DNA of 64,000 nucleotides from an uncultured Cytophagia bacterium (GTDB lineage Bacteria > Zhuqueibacterota > Zhuqueibacteria > Residuimicrobiales > Residuimicrobiaceae), in assembly GCA_964541895.1 (NCBI GenBank), contig CAZISM010000013.1:8348-72347 (forward strand), read 5' to 3'. Positions 47,093 through 56,808 of the stretch are shown here, piece after piece; within the stretch, counting starts at the first letter, position 1; each line of letters begins with the position of its first letter. The position numbers were made by a program, and so were the translations under genes. The notes below the pieces were generated by a model. It did no database searches, was not told the DNA's origin, and worked only from the letters and a program-made list of their open reading frames with translations.

Positions 47093-48264
47093 CTATGAAA
47101 GCCGTCGTTGTAGTCTTTTTTTCCCTGGTGATCTCTATGGCGAGTGCGCAAACGCCTGCAGCGGTGTGGTCGCCGCAATTTAACTCTCCGGGTCCGGAAT
47201 TCAAGAGCCTGTTCAACGGACGGGATTATTCGGGTTGGAATATCCAGCCCGATTCCGGTGCCTGGGTGGTCAAAGACGGTATGATCTATTGCACCGGCAA
47301 GCGGGTGCCGCCGTATCTGATTCGCACGGAACAGGAATATGAAAATTATGAATTCTATGCCGAATTCAAATTTTACAAAGGCTGCAACAGCGGCATCTTT
47401 TTTCATCTGCCTGTGGTGGGCGCCGGCCGCGAGTCGCGGCTGGGTTTCGAAGCGCAGATCATGGACGACAGTCATCTGCCGGTTCACAAAGGCAGCACCG
47501 GCTCGATCTATGATGTTATCCCGCCCAAGGTCAATGCCATTCGACCTGCCGGGGAATGGAATCAATACCATGTCGTTTTCGAATGGCCGCGCTGCCGGAT
47601 TTGGTTGAACGGCGTGCTGGTGCAGGACGCCGATTTTGCCGCTAATTCCATTCTCAAATATCGGCTGCGTCGTGGCGCTATCGGGCTTTCCAATCACGAG
47701 GCGCCGGTCCATTATCGGAATTTGTGGGTACGTGAACTGCCGGACCAGGAGCAATGGACCAGTCTGTTTGACGGCAAGTCGCTGGCCGGCTGGCAAACGG
47801 TGGGCAATGCCAACTGGCATGTCGAAAAGGGCAAACTGGTCGCCGATAAAGGGGAAGGGTACCTGATCAGCCGGGAGCGATTTAGCCGCTTCCATTTCCT
47901 GGCTTTGCTGGAAAACAGCAAAAAATCGACAAAAAGCAAAATATTCTATCGCTGGCTGGGAATGCAGGATCAGGGCTATAGCCAGGAGCTGTACGATTAT
48001 CCCTTGACGGAATCCCTGATCACGTCGTACAACAACCATGCTCCGGAAACCATCGTGCCGATGTTTTCCTATCCGTTGCTTTATTACCAGATCATATCCG
48101 GCGATCGCGAAGCCGAATGCAGGATTGCCGGTTATATCGTATCCAGTCAAAAACTGTTGCAAAAGGTGCGACAGGGGCATGTCGTGTTTTATCGCGCCGC
48201 CGACGATCCACCCCTTGTCATAGAGAGCATGCGCATCCAGCCGATCCGCGGCATAGGTCTGTAG
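47089..48264 (+). CDS. Secreted DUF1080 (3-keto-disaccharide hydrolase/lyase family) protein; second domain degenerate
   Basis: Signal peptide; SLFNGRDYSGW, NSGIFF, FEAQIMD, TGSIYD, GEWN, GAIGLSNH, YRNLWVREL; a second SLFDGKSLAGW start with poorer downstream motifs. Confidence 0.85.
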   Translation: MTMKAVVVVFFSLVISMASAQTPAAVWSPQFNSPGPEFKSLFNGRDYSGWNIQPDSGAWVVKDGMIYCTGKRVPPYLIRTEQEYENYEFYAEFKFYKGCNSGIFFHLPVVGAGRESRLGFEAQIMDDSHLPVHKGSTGSIYDVIPPKVNAIRPAGEWNQYHVVFEWPRCRIWLNGVLVQDADFAANSILKYRLRRGAIGLSNHEAPVHYRNLWVRELPDQEQWTSLFDGKSLAGWQTVGNANWHVEKGKLVADKGEGYLISRERFSRFHFLALLENSKKSTKSKIFYRWLGMQDQGYSQELYDYPLTESLITSYNNHAPETIVPMFSYPLLYYQIISGDREAECRIAGYIVSSQKLLQKVRQGHVVFYRAADDPPLVIESMRIQPIRGIGL

Positions 48265-48266
48265 CC

Positions 48267-49037
48267 ATGGAGGTGCTGGAGGGCCGCATTTCCGTGGAAG
48301 CCGCGCTAAAGGCGCACAGCCGCCGGTTTCAGATGATAGGATTGCGGGACGGGTTGCACGACGAAACGATTCCGCTGCTCTTGCAGGAAGCAGAGCAACA
48401 GGGGGTCCCGATCAAGCGCTTGAGTGCGGCAGAGATCGACCGCATGGCCTGCGGTAAAACTCATGGCGGCGTGGTGGCTCTGTGCAGCGGCAAACGGGAA
48501 CCGGGATTTGACGAATTTTATGAGCGCTTTAAGCACCTCTTCGCCCCCTGCCTGTTGCTGCTGGAGGGGGTGGACGATGCGCAGAATTTCGGTTTTACCC
48601 TGCGCACCGCAGAAGCCATGGGGGTGCATGCCGTGCTGTTGAAAAAACATCTGTGGGATTTCGACAGCAACGCGGTCTCACGGGCTTCGTCCGGCGCCTA
48701 TGAACGCATGACCATCGTGATGTTTGAAGAGGTGGACCGGGTGCTGATCCGGCTCAAGCAGCACGGCTTGATGGTGTACGGCTGCATCGCCAATGCGCAA
48801 AAGACCATTTATGATATATCAATGACCACGGGGGTTGTTCTCGCCATCGGCGGGGAAAAGCGCGGACTCTCGGCGGCCGTGCGCAACCACTGCCACCGCT
48901 TTATTAAAATTCCCATGGCGTCGGCCGTGGGCTCACTGTCGTTGGGGCATGCGGCGGCTATTGTGCTGGCCGAGATGATGCGCCAGCGATCCATAATTCT
49001 GACGGATACGCAGGTTCAGTCAGCGGAATATAATTAG
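48267..49037 (+). CDS. SpoU/TrmH-family RNA 2'-O-methyltransferase (RlmB-like)
   Basis: LEGRISV, THGGVVA, LEGVDDAQNFGFTLRTA, IGGEKRGL, SLSLGHAAAIVLAE; ATG at 48267. Confidence 0.88.
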   Translation: MEVLEGRISVEAALKAHSRRFQMIGLRDGLHDETIPLLLQEAEQQGVPIKRLSAAEIDRMACGKTHGGVVALCSGKREPGFDEFYERFKHLFAPCLLLLEGVDDAQNFGFTLRTAEAMGVHAVLLKKHLWDFDSNAVSRASSGAYERMTIVMFEEVDRVLIRLKQHGLMVYGCIANAQKTIYDISMTTGVVLAIGGEKRGLSAAVRNHCHRFIKIPMASAVGSLSLGHAAAIVLAEMMRQRSIILTDTQVQSAEYN

Positions 49038-49123
49038 CCGAGCACTGTTCGAGCGGCTGCGGCAATCAGCAGGATGGAAAAAACGGTCGCGTAGCGACTG
49101 GATGGATTTGATCGTCGCAGCCA

Positions 49124-49189
49124 GAGATTGCTTCGCTGCATTCGAGAGCGGATTCTTTCGCAGCCGCCGCGCCTCCGCTCGCAATGACA
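49124..49189. repeat. REP-like palindromic element of the GTCATTGCGAG...GAAGCAATCTC type
   Basis: GAGATTGCTTCGC...CGCTCGCAATGACA in the convergent intergenic gap; one copy seen in the window. Confidence 0.55.
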
Positions 49190-49252
49190 GGGGAGGCGGA
49201 ACCATGGATCGGGGTTGAGCCCGGGATAGAGTGAGTGCCTTCCCTGCGCCGT

Positions 49253-51391
49253 CTAGTAGGCCGCCCGCAAGGTCAGCGCATAGTTGCGGACGGGCATCAG
49301 TGTGCGCTCCATCTGGGTATGGTTGTGGTTGAAGAGATTGTAAATGTGCGCACTCACATGCCAGGCACCGATTTTCACGCCAACGTGTGTGTTGACGGTT
49401 TTTTGCGCCACCCGGTCGTCTGAGGGGTAGAGCTTGACATTTTCCAGCCGCGCCACATAACGATAGTCGGCGCTCACATCCATCCGCTTCCATTGATAAT
49501 ACAACGACGATTGCAAAAGCTGTTTCGGCCGATAAGCGAGGATTTCGTCCAGTTCCAGATCCTGCGGATCCATGTAGGTATAACCGAGGTCACAGGTCAG
49601 GTGACGGATGCCGGGACTGAATTTTATGCTGCTCTCCACGCCGGTGATGCGGGCGCGGGTGACATTGATGAAGCGGATGGTCTGGTTAGCATCCGGCAGC
49701 GGTTCGATCAGATTCCAGTAGTCGCTGCTGAATCCGGCGATGTCCAGATAGATCCCGGAACCGAGCAGAACGTTGGCGCCGACTTCGTGCGACCAGGCCG
49801 TCTCTGACATCAGATCCGGATTGGGCATCAAACGCAAACCGGAGTACATGGAATCGGAAAATCGCTCCGACATGCTGGCGGCGCGAAAGCCCCGGCCTGA
49901 CGAGATGCGCATATGCACGCCAGGATTCGCTTTCCAGACCAACCCGATTTTCGGGCTCACCTTTTGATCCGTAAAGCCATTGTCCACATACTGATAATCG
50001 TAGCGGAAGCCCAGGGTGAAAGCCAGCGACAACGGCAGCTTGCGTTCGTTTTGCACATAGGCAGAGATGTTGTACTGATCGTGGCCGCCCACCAGTCCGG
50101 ATTCGACATGATCCCAGGCCTCTTCGGTGCCAAAGGTAAGCGAGTTTAAATTGGAAAACTGATAATCGCCCTGAATTTCCATTCCGATTTTTTGCGCCGT
50201 GGAGGCATTGAGGTTGTCGTGGAAAAAGTTTTTCCAATAGTTGCGCAGGTAAGAGACCCTGCTTTTCAGGCTGAAATTTTTGCTCACCGCCCACTGATGG
50301 AACGCGGTGAGCGAAAGTTTGTTGGAGCGGATATAGTCGCCGATGGCTTCCGGGTCCACTTGCAGCGCATAGCGTTGGCTGCGCCACATCAAACCGGTTG
50401 CGCGCGTGCCGGTTTCATAATTGGCGGAAAAGGTGAGATTGGATTGCGCTGTCAGTGGCGTATACCATTTGAGAGAGCCGTTAAAGCGCTGGAAATCGCT
50501 GTTCTGACTATAGCCGGTGGATTTGTGGCGGCCGGCGGCCACCAGGACCTGGGAGGCGCCGATGCGCCGGGAGTGGTCCACGTCCATGTCGTCGTAATGA
50601 AGCACGCGATCGGTCCACTGCCATTCAGCGTACGCCGGTTTGTCGTAAACGCCGGCAGAGAGACGGACGTTGGTGATGGGCTGGGCGGATGCTGATTTGG
50701 TGATGATGTTGATGACGCCGCCCATGGCGCTGGAGCCATAGAGCGCCGAGCCGGCCCCTTTGATGATTTCCACGCGATCCACCTGGGTAGCCGGCACCAT
50801 ATCCCATTTCAGATCGCCGCTGTCGCCGGGAAGAATGGGCACGCCGTCGATCAGCATGAGCACGCGCGTGCCGGCACCATAGTTATAGCCGGAAGAGCCG
50901 CGGATGTTGACCTGAGAACCGATGAAATTTACGCCGGAAGCATTTTCCAGGACTTTGTCAAGATAGATCTCATTTTTTTGGGCCAGATTGTGTGAAGTCA
51001 TTACGCCGACGCTGGTTGACGATTCCTGGATGCTCTGGCGGCGTTTGCTGGCGGTTACGACAACGTCGGCGGTCTCGATCAATGTGGACTCTAGCTGCAA
51101 TTGCAGCGACGTCGTCTTGCCGGCCTGGATGACGATGTCGTTCTGCTGCAGCATTTTGTAACCCACCATGCTGGCACGCAGCGAGTAGCGGCCGGCGGGA
51201 ATTCGGGCGATGGCGAAACGGCCGTCGAGGTCCGTGATCTGTCCCAGGACCGTGCCTTCCAGCAAAATGTTCACCCCCAGCAGCGCTTCGCCGCTGCGGC
51301 GGTCGATCGCCTGCCCCTCGAGTCTGCCGTATTCCTGGCTGAACAGAACCTGAATACCTGCGAACAGCACCATCAATAGATAACGTTTCAT
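49253..51391 (-). CDS. TonB-dependent receptor with N-terminal carboxypeptidase-regulatory-like domain
   Basis: Signal peptide; G.L.G..ID..SGE.L.G.NI; VVVTASKR, IRGSSG, VEIIKGAGSALYGSSAMGGVINIITK (plug); YNLFN; terminal aromatic residue. Confidence 0.93.
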   Translation of the reverse strand: MKRYLLMVLFAGIQVLFSQEYGRLEGQAIDRRSGEALLGVNILLEGTVLGQITDLDGRFAIARIPAGRYSLRASMVGYKMLQQNDIVIQAGKTTSLQLQLESTLIETADVVVTASKRRQSIQESSTSVGVMTSHNLAQKNEIYLDKVLENASGVNFIGSQVNIRGSSGYNYGAGTRVLMLIDGVPILPGDSGDLKWDMVPATQVDRVEIIKGAGSALYGSSAMGGVINIITKSASAQPITNVRLSAGVYDKPAYAEWQWTDRVLHYDDMDVDHSRRIGASQVLVAAGRHKSTGYSQNSDFQRFNGSLKWYTPLTAQSNLTFSANYETGTRATGLMWRSQRYALQVDPEAIGDYIRSNKLSLTAFHQWAVSKNFSLKSRVSYLRNYWKNFFHDNLNASTAQKIGMEIQGDYQFSNLNSLTFGTEEAWDHVESGLVGGHDQYNISAYVQNERKLPLSLAFTLGFRYDYQYVDNGFTDQKVSPKIGLVWKANPGVHMRISSGRGFRAASMSERFSDSMYSGLRLMPNPDLMSETAWSHEVGANVLLGSGIYLDIAGFSSDYWNLIEPLPDANQTIRFINVTRARITGVESSIKFSPGIRHLTCDLGYTYMDPQDLELDEILAYRPKQLLQSSLYYQWKRMDVSADYRYVARLENVKLYPSDDRVAQKTVNTHVGVKIGAWHVSAHIYNLFNHNHTQMERTLMPVRNYALTLRAAY

Positions 51392-51402
51392 GTGGGTTCA
51401 CC

Positions 51403-52209
51403 TCAGCCTGGAAAAGGTTTAGTATTGAAATCGATGGTGAAATTGATGTTGCGGACGCGGGTGGTGTCGTTGGCGATGGTCACAGAGCCGGGCAGCAGGT
51501 CGCCGGGTTTTTTATAGTACAGACCGGAGAGGCTGGAAATGCCGAGGCTGACGCCGTCCTGGATCAACAGGGCGCCGACCAGGCGATAGGTTCCGGGCTG
51601 CAGGCTGAGAAAATAGCGGGTGGAATCAAAGGGCGCTGCAATCGGCGTGCTCAGCGAGATGTCGAGCAGGCCGGACGGCAGAATGGGTTTGGAGGCGGCG
51701 AGCAGAATGGATTGCGAGCCGGCCGGCCAGTTCCCTTTGATGCGCAGCACCCCTTCGATGCCGCTCTGCACGGCCCGTTTGGCTTTGGCCAGATCAGCTT
51801 CGATATCGATGTGGTCCAGCATGCGGTCGCGACGGTCGACCGTGACATCGCCGGGATTGAAATGGTCCTCGCTGTCAAAATAGATACCGATGATGTTGGT
51901 TACATCCCAGGGTTGATCCTTTTCCTTCCAGACCACGCCCACGGCGGCAAAAGCTTGCGGCGGCGTGAACACCTCATAGTCGACCGAATCGACCTGGAGC
52001 GGCAGAGGATCGCCCATGATGATTTCCGTGATGGCGGTGGGCGGAAATTTCGTCGCCGCCACCACCAGCACCTGATCGGTTTGTGCCGGCCAGCTGTTTT
52101 TAAAACGGATCGTGCCGCGAAAGCCGCTGCGCGTCGGTTCCAGCCCCAGATCCGATTTGCACGACAGCAGCAAAAGCAGGCTGCTCAGGGCGATGGTAAT
52201 TTTTTTCAT
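51403..52209 (-). CDS. Hypothetical lipoprotein with two related beta-rich domains
   Basis: MKKITIALSSLLLLLSC lipobox from ATG 52209; repeated SG..G.....NWPA.....L.AA halves. Confidence 0.75.
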   Translation of the reverse strand: MKKITIALSSLLLLLSCKSDLGLEPTRSGFRGTIRFKNSWPAQTDQVLVVAATKFPPTAITEIIMGDPLPLQVDSVDYEVFTPPQAFAAVGVVWKEKDQPWDVTNIIGIYFDSEDHFNPGDVTVDRRDRMLDHIDIEADLAKAKRAVQSGIEGVLRIKGNWPAGSQSILLAASKPILPSGLLDISLSTPIAAPFDSTRYFLSLQPGTYRLVGALLIQDGVSLGISSLSGLYYKKPGDLLPGSVTIANDTTRVRNINFTIDFNTKPFPG

Positions 52210-52252
52210 GATCAATCCCGGGACCGCAATAAGGTTAGAGGCCATCAAACTT

Positions 52253-52282
52253 AAAAAAAGGGCTTCCCGGATGGGAAGCCCT
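52253..52282 (-). terminator. Intrinsic terminator after the FadL-like gene
   Basis: AGGGCTTCCC-loop-GGGAAGCCCT followed by a T run on the minus strand. Confidence 0.8.
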
Positions 52283-52332
52283 AATGTACAAACAATTATA
52301 ACATGTTAAAAACAATTAAAATTTCACGGCTG

Positions 52333-53817
52333 TTAAAAGTCGAAATCAATTCCCAGCGTGGCGGTGTTCACGTTCATCTTGTAGGTGCCGGCCATGTTCT
52401 CATAGCCGGTTTTGCCGGCGTTGAGTACCCATTCGTCGATGGTGGCGTCCGCGATGAGCATGCGCTCATACACAGCGTGCAGGCGGATCGGGCCGACAGG
52501 CACTTCCAGACCGGCGATAATGGTATTTCTGCGATTGACGTCCGGGATCGTGGGCTGCATGGTCTCGGGAACAGCGGCATTGGGTTCGCTGTAGAAGGCG
52601 CCGCGCAGCTTAAAGGCGCTGAACGCGTATTCCAGGCCGATACCCATGCGGATGGTATCTTCCCAGTTCAGGAGCAACTCGGAGAACTGTTTGCCGTTTT
52701 CGTCGTTGATGATGATCGCGTCCCAGGAGGTCCACTGCGTCATAGCCACATCGGCGGTCACCAGCAGGTTTTTAATACCGGTCCAGGCAAAGCCTACGCC
52801 GGCGCACAGGGGCAACGGCATGTCGGCCTTGATGCTTTTATCCACGCCCAGCGAAGAGTCGGCCCGGCCGGAGTAGAACTGGGTCAGGACATAATAGGAT
52901 TGGGGTGTAAGTTGACCGGCCTGGAGCATCGGTTTGAACAGGGCGGCATCCAGCGCCTTGACTTTTTGATTGACTTCGGCGTTGTTGGCAAAAATCATGA
53001 TACCGCTGGCTTTGCCTTCCAGCGCCACATCCTGGTAATAGCGTAGAGAAGCGCCGATGGTGAAGGTGGGCGCCACCTTGAACTGCAGGCCGACGTTGGC
53101 GCCGAGGCCCATGCCGTCACCTTCGAGGATGGTGTTGGTCATGAGATGGTTGTACTGCGGCAGATAGGCGCTGGTGCCCAGGGTCGAACGAATGGTGGTA
53201 TTGGTAGCCAGCTTGGCGTCAAACAGATAGGGGTTGGGGGTGAAATTGGGTTTCCGAATCATAATGTCGGCATAGATGAGATTGAGGCCCAAGCCAACGG
53301 ACAGTTTGGAGCTCAGTTTAAAGGCAACGGTCGGTTGCAGCGTCAGCACTTTGAGATCGTCTTCATAGTCGTATTGGGGATACGCCGAATTATATTTCCG
53401 GTAGTCGGTCAGCGCCCATTTGGCGCCGAGGCCGAAAATGGGGAAGAAGCCGATACCCCAGGCCATTTTTTCATTGCTGCAGTAATAGCCGAGGGATGGC
53501 ATAAAGTAATTCTTTACAATATTTTCGGTGTTGCCGGCGGTCATGGAGCTGAAGGTCTGGCCATTAAGAGCGGTGGCCGGGGTAAAGCCGACCACGGGGC
53601 GGATCATTTCTACGCCGAACCCTGCATGGCGGCCTTTGGAGAACACCAGGCCGGCCGGATTCCAGAACAGGCCTTCCCACGTATTGGAAACACCGCGGTA
53701 ATTTCCACCCAACGCTGTGGCACGGGCTCCGATGCCGGTCAGATCGACACCGGATGCGAACAGGCTCGCGCTCATGGCCAAAATGCCGATCAGTAGTAGA
53801 GCTACTCCTCGTTTCAT
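52333..53817 (-). CDS. fadL: OmpP1/FadL/TodX-family outer-membrane long-chain fatty-acid transporter
   Basis: GIGARATALGG, FWNPAGL, FGLGAKW, LTLQPTVAFKLS, WEDTIRMGIGLEY, P.IPD..R, terminal DFDF; GGAGGAGGA RBS before ATG 53817. Confidence 0.88.
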   Translation of the reverse strand: MKRGVALLLIGILAMSASLFASGVDLTGIGARATALGGNYRGVSNTWEGLFWNPAGLVFSKGRHAGFGVEMIRPVVGFTPATALNGQTFSSMTAGNTENIVKNYFMPSLGYYCSNEKMAWGIGFFPIFGLGAKWALTDYRKYNSAYPQYDYEDDLKVLTLQPTVAFKLSSKLSVGLGLNLIYADIMIRKPNFTPNPYLFDAKLATNTTIRSTLGTSAYLPQYNHLMTNTILEGDGMGLGANVGLQFKVAPTFTIGASLRYYQDVALEGKASGIMIFANNAEVNQKVKALDAALFKPMLQAGQLTPQSYYVLTQFYSGRADSSLGVDKSIKADMPLPLCAGVGFAWTGIKNLLVTADVAMTQWTSWDAIIINDENGKQFSELLLNWEDTIRMGIGLEYAFSAFKLRGAFYSEPNAAVPETMQPTIPDVNRRNTIIAGLEVPVGPIRLHAVYERMLIADATIDEWVLNAGKTGYENMAGTYKMNVNTATLGIDFDF

Positions 53818-53909
53818 TATTCCTCCTCCAAACAAAGATGATAAGATGGGTCTGCACTCCTGTTGTGCATCTAGTTTACTTAAAAATTTTTATAGAGTCA
53901 ACACAAAAA

Positions 53910-53932
53910 TGAATAATATTCAAAATTATTCA
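53910..53932. promoter_or_regulatory. Candidate TetR/FadR operator between fadL and tetR
   Basis: TGAATA-A-TATTCA (53910-53922) nested with TGAATAAT-N7-ATTATTCA (53910-53932). Confidence 0.45.
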
Positions 53933-53950
53933 ACAATACGCTAAAACCAC

Positions 53951-54001
53951 TTGCATTTGCAAATAATTTTATTAATTTTGTAAAAAATGAATATGTTTCA
54001 T
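53951..54001 (+). promoter_or_regulatory. Putative tetR promoter with a downstream palindrome
   Basis: TTGCAT (53951-53956), 16-nt spacer, TAATTT (53973-53978); ATGAA-N5-TTCAT at 53987-54001. Confidence 0.4.
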
Positions 54002-54020
54002 ATTTTATAAGGATACATAT

Positions 54021-54602
54021 ATGAGTGCCGATAAACGGGAGCGGATTTTAAAGGCAGCGATCAAAGTTTTTGCCCGTGAAGGTTTTTTTGCCGCCAAAGT
54101 GGAAGATATCGCCAAAGTAGCGGATGTGGCCACCGGGACCATCTATCTCTATTTTGAAAATAAAGACGACCTCATGATCTCGATTTTTGAAGAAGAGATG
54201 GTGCCGATCATCGAAAATATGCGGCAAAAGCTGGAATCGATCTCTTCGGCTACGGCCAAGTTGCGCACGTTTATCAACCTGCATCTGGGTCTGGTGCAGG
54301 ACCATCCGGACATGGCGCAGTTGATGCAGGTGGAGTTGCGTCAGAGCAGCCGATTTTTGCACGGTTATGACGGCACTCGCTTCAAGGAATATCTCTCCAT
54401 TATTGCCGAGATCCTGAAGCTGGGGCAGGGCCAAAAAGAGTTTCGTGACGACATCAATCCGTCCATTTTCAAGCAGGTGCTCTTTGGCGCCGTGGACCAG
54501 ATTGCCACCAACTGGACCATTTCCAAAACCAAGCGCATCAACCTCTCCCAATCCGCTGATCAGATCTCAACCATCATACTGGACGGTCTGGCAAAGAACT
54601 GA
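54021..54602 (+). CDS. TetR-family regulator (Bacillus FadR/YsiA-like)
   Basis: KRERILKAAIKVFA, IAKVADVATGTIYLYFENKDDL, VELRQSS; genomic context. Confidence 0.9.
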   Translation: MSADKRERILKAAIKVFAREGFFAAKVEDIAKVADVATGTIYLYFENKDDLMISIFEEEMVPIIENMRQKLESISSATAKLRTFINLHLGLVQDHPDMAQLMQVELRQSSRFLHGYDGTRFKEYLSIIAEILKLGQGQKEFRDDINPSIFKQVLFGAVDQIATNWTISKTKRINLSQSADQISTIILDGLAKN

Positions 54603-54652
54603 ACCACATTCAAAATTGTTTTTGAAATGTCATGGCGAATAGGTACATTATT

Positions 54653-54678
54653 AAGCCGGCGGATCCGCCGGTTTTTTT
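54653..54678 (+). terminator. Intrinsic terminator between tetR and etfB
   Basis: CCGGCG-GATC-CGCCGG-T7. Confidence 0.7.
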
Positions 54679-54739
54679 ATATACCGATCGCCCGGGCGAG
54701 CGACTGATCCCTGTATAACATTGAAAGCGAGGTAGCAAA

Positions 54740-55489
54740 GTGAACATTCTGGTGTGTCTCAAGCAGGTTCCGGATACGGAAGCAACCATAAAGACCGGGT
54801 CCGGCGGCAAGGCTATTGATGAAAGCGGCATCAAGTTTATCATGAATCCCTACGATGAATTCGCCGTTGAAGAGGCGTTGCGAATGAAAGAAGCGGCCGG
54901 CGGCACCATTAAAGCGATCACCATGGGCCCTGAACGAGCCAAAGAGGTCTTGCGCACGGCTGTGGCCATGGGCGTCGATGACGTGCTTTTGTTGCAGAAT
55001 GATCAGGTGCAGCTGGATGGTTTTAAAAGCGCTCAGGCTCTGGCACAAGCCATAGCCGGGGAAGCATACGATGTGATTCTGCTTGGCAAGGAGGCGATCG
55101 ATGACGGCAACATGCAGGTGGGTCCCATGCTGGCCGAGATCCTCAACATTCCCTGTGTAACGGTGGTGACCAAACTGGCTCTTCAGGCCGGATCCTTCAC
55201 CGCCGAACGGGAGGGCGAAGCCGGCACCGAGGTGCTGACCGGCCCGACGCCGTGTCTGATCACCTGCCAGAAAGGGTTGAACGAACCTCGTTATCCTTCC
55301 ATTCGCGGGGTGATGATGGCCAAGAAGAAGGACATTCCTGTGGTTCAGTTGGAGGCTATGGACAGCCGTGTCGCCATCACCGAATTCAGCTATCCCAAGA
55401 GCCGCAAAGGCGGCCAGATTGTAGGCGAAGGCAGTGCGGCGGTACCGGAGCTGGTGCGCCGGCTGCGCGAGGAAGCAAAAGTGATCTAG
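54740..55489 (+). CDS. etfB: Electron transfer flavoprotein beta subunit
   Basis: NILVCLKQVPDT, MNPYDEFAVEEAL, GKEAIDDG...VGP, LNEPRYPSIRGVMMAKKK. Confidence 0.95.
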   Translation: MNILVCLKQVPDTEATIKTGSGGKAIDESGIKFIMNPYDEFAVEEALRMKEAAGGTIKAITMGPERAKEVLRTAVAMGVDDVLLLQNDQVQLDGFKSAQALAQAIAGEAYDVILLGKEAIDDGNMQVGPMLAEILNIPCVTVVTKLALQAGSFTAEREGEAGTEVLTGPTPCLITCQKGLNEPRYPSIRGVMMAKKKDIPVVQLEAMDSRVAITEFSYPKSRKGGQIVGEGSAAVPELVRRLREEAKVI

Positions 55490-55702
55490 ACGGGTTTTGC
55501 AGCGGTGATTGTCTTTTGCCGGTTATCTTTCATGCATCACGAATTCTTTTGAGCGCATCCCGGTTAAAAAATGTCGAACACCTCGATGGTCCGGGATGTG
55601 GGCCCGGTTTATCAGGATTATGAAATACGGTGCAGAATATATGTGAACGAATCTGATGTGCAACCCTTCGCAGGGTTAGCCATTATCAAGGAGAGTTGAT
55701 CC

Positions 55703-56674
55703 ATGTCGACAGTATTGGTTGTCAGTGAATTAAAGAACGGTCAGATACGCAAGAGTGCGTTTGAAGCGGTCACCGTCGGCCGCAGGCTGGCCGATAGTCG
55801 TGGCGCCGGCGTGGCGGTGTTGCATATGGCGGCGGCCGCCGGCCAGGAAGGGTCGTTTGCGGCGTATGGGGCGGACCAGCTGTACACCGTCATTGACCCT
55901 GGTTGTGAGAATTATCAGGCCGATCTGTACAAACGGATCGTTGTGGACGCGATACAGAAAAGCGGCGCCACACTGATCCTTTTTGCCGCCTCCAATATGG
56001 GGCGTGATCTGGCGCCGCGTGTGGCGGCGGCCCTGCAGGGAACCTGTGTCAGCGATGTGACGGCGGTCTCGGCCGAGGGGGAAGACCTGGCAGTCGAAAA
56101 GCCGATGTACGCCGGAAAAATCCTGGCTCATCTCAAGGTGAGTGGTGCGGTCAAGGTGGTCACCCTTCGTCCCGGCATGTTCCCGGCTGAAGAGAGTCGT
56201 GCCGGTGCGACCGTGTCCGCAGAATCTCTGCCCTGTCCCGCTCCAGACTCCAGCGTCAAGCTGGTGGAGGTGCGCAAATCCGGTTCCGGCCGGCTGGATG
56301 TATCGGATGCGGACATTATTGTGACCGGCGGCCGCGGCATGCGGGCTGCCGAGCATTTTGCGCTTTTGGAAGAGTTGGCGCAGCTGTTGGGCGGCGCCGT
56401 GGGCGCAACGCGTGCGGTGGTGGACAGCGGCTGGCGTCCGCACAGCGAACAGGTCGGACAAACCGGGAAGGTCGTATCGCCCGGTCTCTATTTCATGTTC
56501 GGCGCCTCCGGCTCCATCCAGCACTGGGCCGGCATGTCCGGTTCCAAATGCATCGTGGCGGTGAACAAAGACGGCAACGCGCCGATTCTGCAGCGTGCGG
56601 ATTACAGCATTGTCGGCGACCTTTTTGAGGTGTTGCCAGTGCTGACGGAAGAGATCAAAAAAATACGCGGCTAA
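55703..56674 (+). CDS. etfA: Electron transfer flavoprotein alpha subunit
   Basis: [63 protein letters not shown]. Confidence 0.95.
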   Translation: MSTVLVVSELKNGQIRKSAFEAVTVGRRLADSRGAGVAVLHMAAAAGQEGSFAAYGADQLYTVIDPGCENYQADLYKRIVVDAIQKSGATLILFAASNMGRDLAPRVAAALQGTCVSDVTAVSAEGEDLAVEKPMYAGKILAHLKVSGAVKVVTLRPGMFPAEESRAGATVSAESLPCPAPDSSVKLVEVRKSGSGRLDVSDADIIVTGGRGMRAAEHFALLEELAQLLGGAVGATRAVVDSGWRPHSEQVGQTGKVVSPGLYFMFGASGSIQHWAGMSGSKCIVAVNKDGNAPILQRADYSIVGDLFEVLPVLTEEIKKIRG

Positions 56675-56808
56675 ACCCATCGGGCCGATCGGCCTTGCGG
56701 AGCAGGTCGAATTGGACAACAGCGTCCGACCGGTTGCGACCGCATGGAGAGACCCGGCCGCCGCAAGGGAAGGCGGCCCTTTAATCATCTGCTGGAAGGA
56801 GAGGCACT

